DNA from: Octopus bimaculoides
Lineage: Eukaryota
NCBI RefSeq assembly: GCF_001194135.2
Contig: NC_068986.1
Coordinates: 45,824,240-45,862,696, forward strand
Direction: 5' to 3'
Length of the DNA stretch: 38,457 nucleotides
The position numbers and the translations under genes were made by a program. The notes beneath the pieces were generated by a model. That model saw only the letters and a program-made list of their open reading frames with translations, searched no databases and had not been told where the DNA came from. Positions 32,184 to 38,457 of the stretch are shown here, piece after piece (position 1 is the stretch's first letter; every line of letters starts with the position of its first letter).

Positions 32184-34414
32184 CACTAGTCTGCATAATT
32201 TTTTTTTTATTGGCTGTATGGTATCTTTTTCTGAATATAGATGAAAAATAATGAGTCATTGTGTTTTTTATTCATCTCTATCACATCAGGTTGTCAAGTT
32301 ATGCAGAGATGTTACTTTTCTCCTTTTGTATAATATGAGTAAATGATAAATTAAAATGCTTATTTTATATTGGCTTAAATGTTAAATCTAATATATTTTT
32401 CTTTATTTTCAGTCTGTGAATATGTCTAGAGGCTGCATCAATTCACCAGATATATTCTATTATGTCTGTGGGTAATTCACCCCTTCGATTTCCAGGAGAA
32501 ATATTACTCCTTTGTTGAAGCACTGCTATTTAGCTTATTTTAGCTGCAAACTGGGAGACCAGGACAAGCCATTTGCACCTCACAAAACTCACAAGAGTTG
32601 CATCAGAAAGCTTCAAATGTGATCAGTTGAAAAACTTAAATGTATGCTCTTTGGCGTACCAATGGTATGGTAGGAGCAGATGAACCACTGCTACTTTTGT
32701 ATGACTAAAGTAGCTGGATTCAACAAGAAGACTAAAGATCACATAATATACCCAAATATTCCTTCAGCAATAAGGCCTGTTCCACACTCAGCTGATATTC
32801 CTGTACCTGTGCCACCCAAGACACAGGAAATTTCATCAGAGTCTGATACTGGTGATACTAATGAGATGGAAGTAGACTATGAGCCACCAACAAATGACGA
32901 TCCCAAATTCTTCAACCAAGTTGAACTCAATGACTTGGTTAGAGACCTTAACCTTCCAAAAGAAAGTGCACCGTAACTAGGCTCTAGACTGCAGAAACAC
33001 AAGCATCTAGCTCCTGGAGCAACATTCACTTGGTGCCGTCATCATGAAGTGGAATTCACTCAGTTCTTTGAGAAAGAGGATTATTTAGTTTTCTGTTCAA
33101 ATATTTCTGGCCTTATTGAACACATGAAGATGTCGTACAAAGCAAATGAATGGAAGCTCTTCATTGATTCTTCTAACAGAAGCTTAAAGGCTGTTCTTCT
33201 CTACAATGGCAACACAGTTGCATCTGTGACAATTGGCCATAGTGTCCAAATGCCAGAAACTTATGAAAATATGAAGACAGTAATAACTGCAATCAAGTAC
33301 ATAACCACAATTTTCTCATTTGTGGTGATTTAAAAGTTATTGCTCTCCTACTAGGTCTTCATGGGGAATATACTGAGTATCCCTGTTTTCTATGTCTTTG
33401 GGGTAATTGGGCAGACAGCCAGCACTATGAACAAAAAGACTGGCCACCAAGAACCAGCTTCTTACCTGGAAATCACAACGTGAAAGCTGTGCCACTAGTT
33501 GACCCACCAAAAATTCTGCTGCCACCACTCCACATCGAATTAGGGCTTATGAAAAATTTTGTGAAGGCTCTGAACAAGAATGGAGCTGCTTTCAAGTAAC
33601 TGGAGTCAAAGTTTCCTTGTATAAATGAAGGAAAGCTAAAAGCAGGAATCCTTGTTGGTCCCCAGATTCGGGAATTGATGAGGGACAAGCATTTTGAGGA
33701 AGCATTAACAGGTGTTGAAGTGAATGCCTGGTTTTCCTTCAAGAAGAGCGTCCAAAAACTTCTTGGAAAACAGCAGCTCCCCAGAATATGAAAAAATGAT
33801 CCAAGACCTGATATCAAGTTTCCAAAAACTTGGGTCTAGAATGAGTGTGAAGATGCATTTTTTGCACTCGCATCTTGACTATTTTCCTGAGAATTGTGGG
33901 GACTACAGGGTGGAACTAGGAGGGCAGTTCCATTAAGACATTTGCACCCTGGAAACTCGATACAAGGGCAAATGAAATGTCAGCATGATGGTGGATTACT
34001 GCTGGTCATTGAAACGTGATGGTCCCACTGCACAACATAAGTGGAAATTAAAGCCGTCCTCCTTCCTTTGAATCAATATTTAGGCTAACCATTGGGAGCA
34101 TATTTTTTTTACATTCATTTGATTTGATGTTAATAATTTTGATTCATTTCATGAAGGTGATTCATTTCATGTTGATTTGGAAAACATATTTTCTTAAAAG
34201 TAACAGAATGTACTTTTCCTTGATTACTTGCTTCATTTTAATAAAGTACTGATTTATTAAAAATTCACGTTTTATTATTATTAATTTGTATTTTATTTGA
34301 CATCCTTATGTGACAGAGCAAAATGGTTTAGATATTTAAATCAGCACCCCAAGAATATGTAACATGGCATCCATGAATAAAAATTAAAAAAAAATTCCCA
34401 AATGCAGACCAGTG
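32184..34414 (+). mobile_element. Complete-length Chapaev3-type (CMC superfamily) DNA transposon, 2231 bp, in an agrin intron and antisense to the gene
   Basis: TIRs CACTAGTCTGCAT and ATGCAGACCAGTG (13 bp, one mismatch, CAC..GTG termini). 3-bp TSD TTA at 32181-32183 and 34415-34417. Transposase remnant inside. The family name rests on recalled Chapaev3 features. Confidence 0.8.
32422..34071 (+). pseudogene. Chapaev-type transposase, with many stops and frameshifts
   Basis: MSRGCINSPDIFYYVCG..GDQDKPFAPH..VPMVW*EQMNHCYFC (Chapa zinc-finger-like), LNDLVRDLNLPKE, LFIDSSNRSLKAVLLYNGN, GDLKVIALLLG..YPCFLCLW, LLPPLHIELGLMKNFVKAL, KLKAGILVGPQIRELMRD, MSVKMHFLHSHLDYFPEN. Confidence 0.85.
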
Positions 34415-34824
34415 TTAATTAATTATTTTTTTTTAACTGTCCAACTCATAAAGTCTGCGACTTCCTCTTCCTTTATCATTTACTATTCTTATGCTCATTC
34501 TCTCTCCTTTGCCCTCTTTTTCTGTTTCTTCCCTCTTCCTCATCTCTTTTCCACAAATCCCAACCACTTCAGTACAATCAAAAAATAGTTTCCCTATGAA
34601 AGGCTCTGCATATAACAATACATTTTTTTTACATCCTCATGGCAAACCAGTTTATTCCACTTTTCAGTAAATTATACACATTGATTGCTAATGTAGACCA
34701 TCACTAATTTCCTTGGATCCCACTTTACTTTAGAACTTAATCAGTTAAAACCTTCAGAAATTTGAAGGTGCTCAAATAGAACTAGAAAGGAAAAATAGAG
34801 TACAATTACAATAAAAACACTTAC

Positions 34825-34897
34825 TTATGATCTAGTCCATTTAGATAAGCTAAAAATGTATCTCCTTCGAATTTCAGTTGAGATTTTGTTTCAATAG
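34825..34897 (-). CDS. AGRN: Agrin-like exon (start of LamG3): (A)IETKSQLKFEGDTFLAYLNGLDH(K)
   Basis: Manual translation. Acceptor ctattccacag, donor gtaagt, 73 nt, phase 1 to 2, bridging the flanking exon phases exactly. FEGDTFLAYLN resembles vertebrate agrin FDGRTFVEYLN (recalled). Confidence 0.87.
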
Positions 34898-35553
34898 CTG
34901 TGGAATAGAATATATATAATAGCACAGAAATTAACAATTGAATAAAAAAAAAAAAATTGTTCTTTTTCTAATTCAAGATAATATACATGGAAATTGATAA
35001 TTTAAATCAAGAGATTTTATTTCAACACCCTTTCATTACTATATTTTTATTGAAATACACCACTTTGTTTTTTAATCGATCTTGAAAATAATTACATATC
35101 AAGCAAAAATAACTGTTGTTTGAAATGTAAAGCAACATGAAATTTCAAAGAAGGTTTTAATTTGGATAATTTTAAACAGGAAGTTTGTATTATAGAACCA
35201 GGAGTAGTATCAGGTAAGTTAATATCAAAATAGTTACGACTTATAACAAGTTGGAAGATAAAATTGACTATTGAACAGTTTTTATTAATTTCCTATTACT
35301 TTAAATTATTTTAGCAAAATACATATTTATGTTAGTGTATATGTAAAAAAGAGGTTTGTGATTGATATGTATAGACATTTGTGTGAGTGTATTCGTTGTG
35401 AGAATAAGAGAAAGATACATAAAAATGAGTATGAATATTGTATGTAGCAGAAGGAAAGAAGAAGAGTAAAAGGGAGAAAAAGAGTTAAGTTTATGTGAGT
35501 GTATACTGAAAGAAAATTAACATCAAGTTTTGAGTGTTCAATTATTTACATAC

Positions 35554-35740
35554 CATTCTGGCATTTGTGACCAGTGAACTGTTTATGGCATCGGCATTCA
35601 GCAATATGAAGCTTTGGAACACAGATGCCACCATTTAAACAAGGATTCTTTTTGCAGGGAGGACCTTTATATTTGGTGACTCCTTTTGTCTCTATAGCAT
35701 CTGTGATTAGGTTATCATATAGTTTGTCATTAATATAGAC
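35554..35740 (-). CDS. AGRN: Agrin-like exon (end of LamG2 plus EGF-like domain): VYINDKLYDNLITDAIETKGVTKYKGPPCKKNPCLNGGICVPKLHIAECRCHKQFTGHKCQN
   Basis: Within ORF 35546-35785(-). Acceptor tttcag, donor gtatgt, 187 nt, phase 0 to 1. Six-cysteine EGF pattern C..NPCLNGG.C......C.C...F.G..C. Confidence 0.9.
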
Positions 35741-36409
35741 CTGAAATAATAAAATATATGATATTTTCAAAATAGGCATAGGCATTGCTATGTATTTAAT
35801 ATTTTAACCATTTCATGAGACCCCTCTCCTATCATACTAGCATTGATAGTGGAAAGTCTTAAATTAGGAAAAGAAGTTGTTTTGTTTAGCCCTAGGTGGC
35901 CCTGATTTGGAGCCTTATGATGTAAGGCATTCCAGCAGTACTCGTTGCATCTTTTGTTCTAATCTAGTCTGCATTTTCTATATGTTCCTCATATTCTAAA
36001 ATGACAGGTTGTGTTGTTTACAGTTGGTTGTGTGATTGCCTCATGATGCTTGAGAAGTGCTCAAACTTGAAATCTCTCTCTATGTGTGCAGCCCTATTAT
36101 GAAAGATGTTACTCTTGTTAGTGTTACAATTTAATCTATTGTTAGTTGTTAGCTGTTAGCTAGATGCTCTTCCCATTGTCAGCCACTAGCAAATTGAACT
36201 GGATGTGATTATCATAGCATTGATGTTACAGTTGTCTTGCAAAACAAAGGGTTCTCTCCAGTCTGGAACTATTTCAATTCTGGTAATTTTTCTACATGAG
36301 TTACTTTTAGTTACACTTATGGAGCCATGTCACTTCGGTATAGTGGGGCAAAAACTTCTATATTATTAGAGGAACTTTTTGGAGTTGCTAGGCAGTTTAT
36401 CTTCATGTC

Positions 36410-36490
36410 AATGTCAGTGCAGTCATTTCTCCTATACATACATGCTGATATCTTCAATTCCAAGCTGTTCTCTCAGATCACTTACATACC
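36410..36490 (-). mobile_element. Possible short RTE C-terminal remnant
   Basis: VSDLREQLGIEDISMYV*EK*LH resembles the ELR..LG...I.......RLRW region of RTE; short and degenerate. Confidence 0.35.
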
Positions 36491-36667
36491 ACTTTCCATT
36501 CATGAGTCAAAGTTGCAAATCCAATGGATCTGCAATGGATTCATATTTTCATATCCAAGTACGTGGTAATTATTTGTTATGCTTAATCTTTCTAAATAAT
36601 TAGAATTACTTAATAACTAAGACATTTAATTAAACACAAAACTATTGTATGAAGTAAATGGTTTTAC

Positions 36668-36784
36668 CCGTTGAATTGCACCATTCAAGCCTTTTTCAAT
36701 GTTGGTATCACTTGGAACATCAAATATATCTCGAAAACCACCGATAAATATTCTTTGAGCTAAGTTTAACTTGGTAACTACACC
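36668..36784 (-). CDS. AGRN: Agrin-like exon (LamG2 C-terminal part): GVVTKLNLAQRIFIGGFRDIFDVPSDTNIEKGLNGAIQR
   Basis: Within ORF 36626-36829(-). Acceptor ttgcag, donor gtaaaa, 117 nt, phase 0 to 0. LNL..IFIGG and G.NG.IQ are LamG motifs. Confidence 0.88.
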
Positions 36785-37172
36785 CTGCAAAGTGATAAGA
36801 CATATTTTATTGACAATGTACTTTATCATAAAATTTAAAGAAGTTGAAAATATAGCATTTCTGTTTTATGAGCTTTGTAAAATTATTTACTGAAGTATTG
36901 TTGACAAACAGTATCTAGCAAGATATACTTTGAAAAGAAGAAACTTTCTTTAGCCTGACTTATTTAAGATGATATATGATACTGAACGAAATTTTACAAG
37001 ATAAAAAAAAAGTATTTCTACAAATGTCAAAAAATTTGTAACTAAAATGTTTACAATAATGAAGAAACAAAGCTTTTTACAAATTTCATATGGACAAAGA
37101 AAAAAATAACAGTCTCTTTAAATTTGAAGACAATATTATATAGCTATTTTGATACACTTTAAAATAACATAC

Positions 37173-37284
37173 ATCTGATTTTCCATCAGCAGATTTCTCA
37201 TTATCAATAATCATTTCAATGGTTCGGTGGTGTCTTTTAATAACAACATTGTGCCAACTGTCTAATGATATTCTTTGGGAGCTC
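37173..37284 (-). CDS. AGRN: Agrin-like exon (LamG2 middle): (R)SSQRISLDSWHNVVIKRHHRTIEMIIDNEKSADGKSD
   Basis: Manual reverse translation. Acceptor ttttccacag, donor gtatgt, 112 nt, phase 2 to 0. Reads in frame into the next exon and fits the LamG W-x-x-V-x-x-x-R strand pattern. Not in the ORF track. Confidence 0.85.
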
Positions 37285-37501
37285 CTGTGGAAAAAGTAAA
37301 CACAGCTTTAGAAAATTTGCATGCAGACAGATGCAAGTAAGGGCCCATGAACATATACACTCTCAAACACAGTTTGGCAGACATTTTCTAGCATATTTAT
37401 ATATTTATATATGCTTGTGTATGTGTGTATGTGAGGGGAAGTCAAAAATTATCTGCATTTTCACCGTAACATTATTATTGTCACACTACCTTCTGTGCAT
37501 G

Positions 37502-38009
37502 CATGCTTATAGTTGGTACTATTGTGGTCATGTGATCAAAGTTTGAGCCTGATCATACAATTTTTCTTTCTGGCTTTACAATGTAAGCATAGCCACTCCA
37601 CTAACAATGTACACCAAAGAAGAACAAAGAGCAGTGGTCTGATTTCTGTGGTTGGAAGATGTGTCAGGTGCTGAAATTCATCAGAGGCTTTCAGCACAAT
37701 ATACGGACAATGCACTCCCATGTAGGAGTGTGTTTATATGATTGAAAAGTTTAAAAGTGGCTGGACAAGCATGATACATGAAGAAGGAGCAGGACACCCA
37801 TCAACTTCTACCACTGACAAGAAGATTCAACAAGCTTGAGAGATGGTAATGATGAACTGGTTCACCATTACCATCTCTCAGATCACTGTTCTTTGGTGCA
37901 CATTTTTAGTAGAGCAGCCATGATTACACTGTAATGTTAGAAAGGAAAAATGGTGCAATCAGGCTCAAACTTCGATCACATGACCACAACAGTACCAACT
38001 AAAAGCATG
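37502..38009. mobile_element. Mariner-derived foldback made of two inverted copies of the 5' end of a mariner transposase region
   Basis: The plus strand at 37575-37860 encodes TKEEQRAVV*FLWLEDVSGAEIHQRL...KFKSG.TS..EEGAGHPSTSTT. 37860-38009 is an inverted, internally deleted copy of the same 5' region. Confidence 0.8.
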
Positions 38010-38179
38010 GAGCAATGTTCAGGTTTTCCCATTGATTTTTATATTTTCTACTAACATACATACAAAAGTATGTATGTATATATATATGTGTGTGTTTGTA
38101 TATATATTTATATGTATGTATATATATGTATGTATGTATATGTATGTATATATATGTAGCTATATATATGTATATATAC

Positions 38180-38457
38180 GCTTTAGATACTAATAATTAC
38201 AGAGGCATCAAGCTGTTAGATCAGGCTATGAAAGTTACGGAGAGGGTCATAGCCCAACTAATTAGGGAGCGAATCAATTTAGATGAGATACAGTTTGGGT
38301 TTGTGCCAAGTAAAAGCACCACTGATGCCATATTTCTAGTGAGACAGCTGCAGGAGAAATATCTAGCCAAGGATAAACCTCTGTACCTGGCCTTCGTTGA
38401 CACGGAGAAAGCCTTTGACAGGGTCCCCCGATCCCTCATCTGGTGGTCAATGAGGAA
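38180..38457 (+). mobile_element. RTE-clade LINE reverse transcriptase fragment, running off the window end
   Basis: Open frame ALDTNNYRGIKLLDQAMKVTERVIAQLIRERINLDEIQFGFVPSKSTTDAIFLVRQLQEKYLAKDKPLYLAFVDTEKAFDRVPRSLIWWSMR; same family as 27040-27362. Confidence 0.9.

Noticed and set aside
34433-34618. ORF MLYAEPFIGK... as an extra agrin exon
   Set aside because: The phase 2 reading hits a stop, the rest is purine-rich low complexity, and there is no usable donor.
34752-34781. 30-nt exon candidate after tttctag in the z-equivalent intron
   Set aside because: The upstream intron would be only 43 nt, the required phase 2 frame contains a stop, and the donor is weak.
34825-34849. Apparent 25-nt agrin micro-exon (ttttag|CTTATC...ATAA|gtaagt)
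   Set aside because: It is the 3' part of the 73-nt exon 34897-34825, whose upstream acceptor restores the conserved FEGDTFLAYLN strand. Use as an alternative acceptor would be in frame but would delete a core strand.

Overview
Eukaryotic, AT-rich, repeat-dense genomic window with about ten assembly gaps (N runs at about 1981-2021, 5523-6385, 6881-6980, 7745-8151, 9317-10088, 11203-11555, 13795-14123, 14856-15550, 21788-21842, 25544-26197). The repeat content and TA/CA microsatellite load suggest an octopus-like cephalopod (inference only). The one host gene I can support is the 3' part of an agrin-like gene on the minus strand. Seven phase-compatible GT-AG exons (37284-37173, 36784-36668, 35740-35554, 34897-34825, 31005-30766, 29217-29114, 26310-gap) encode the end of LamG2, EGF4 and LamG3; the stop codon falls in the 25.5-26.2 kb gap. 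The rest is mobile DNA. The first 11 kb is a nested pile of tRNA-derived SINEs, Tx1/L1-clade LINEs and R4/Dong-like restriction-like-endonuclease retrotransposons, mostly joined at (AAT/ATT)n arrays. There is also a Helitron with both termini (13321-16216), two mariner derivatives (one a foldback), RTE-clade fragments, a complete but decayed Chapaev3-type DNA transposon (32184-34414, TTA TSD) inside an agrin intron, and several long intronic hairpins. No rRNA, functional tRNA or CRISPR array is supported. Best leads: a SINE tail matching the local Tx1 LINE 3' end, the (AAT)n-centred insertion network, a candidate micro-exon at the position equivalent to the vertebrate agrin z/B splice site, and a 25-nt repeat/hairpin-spacer array in an RTE 3' region. 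All alignments were done by eye.
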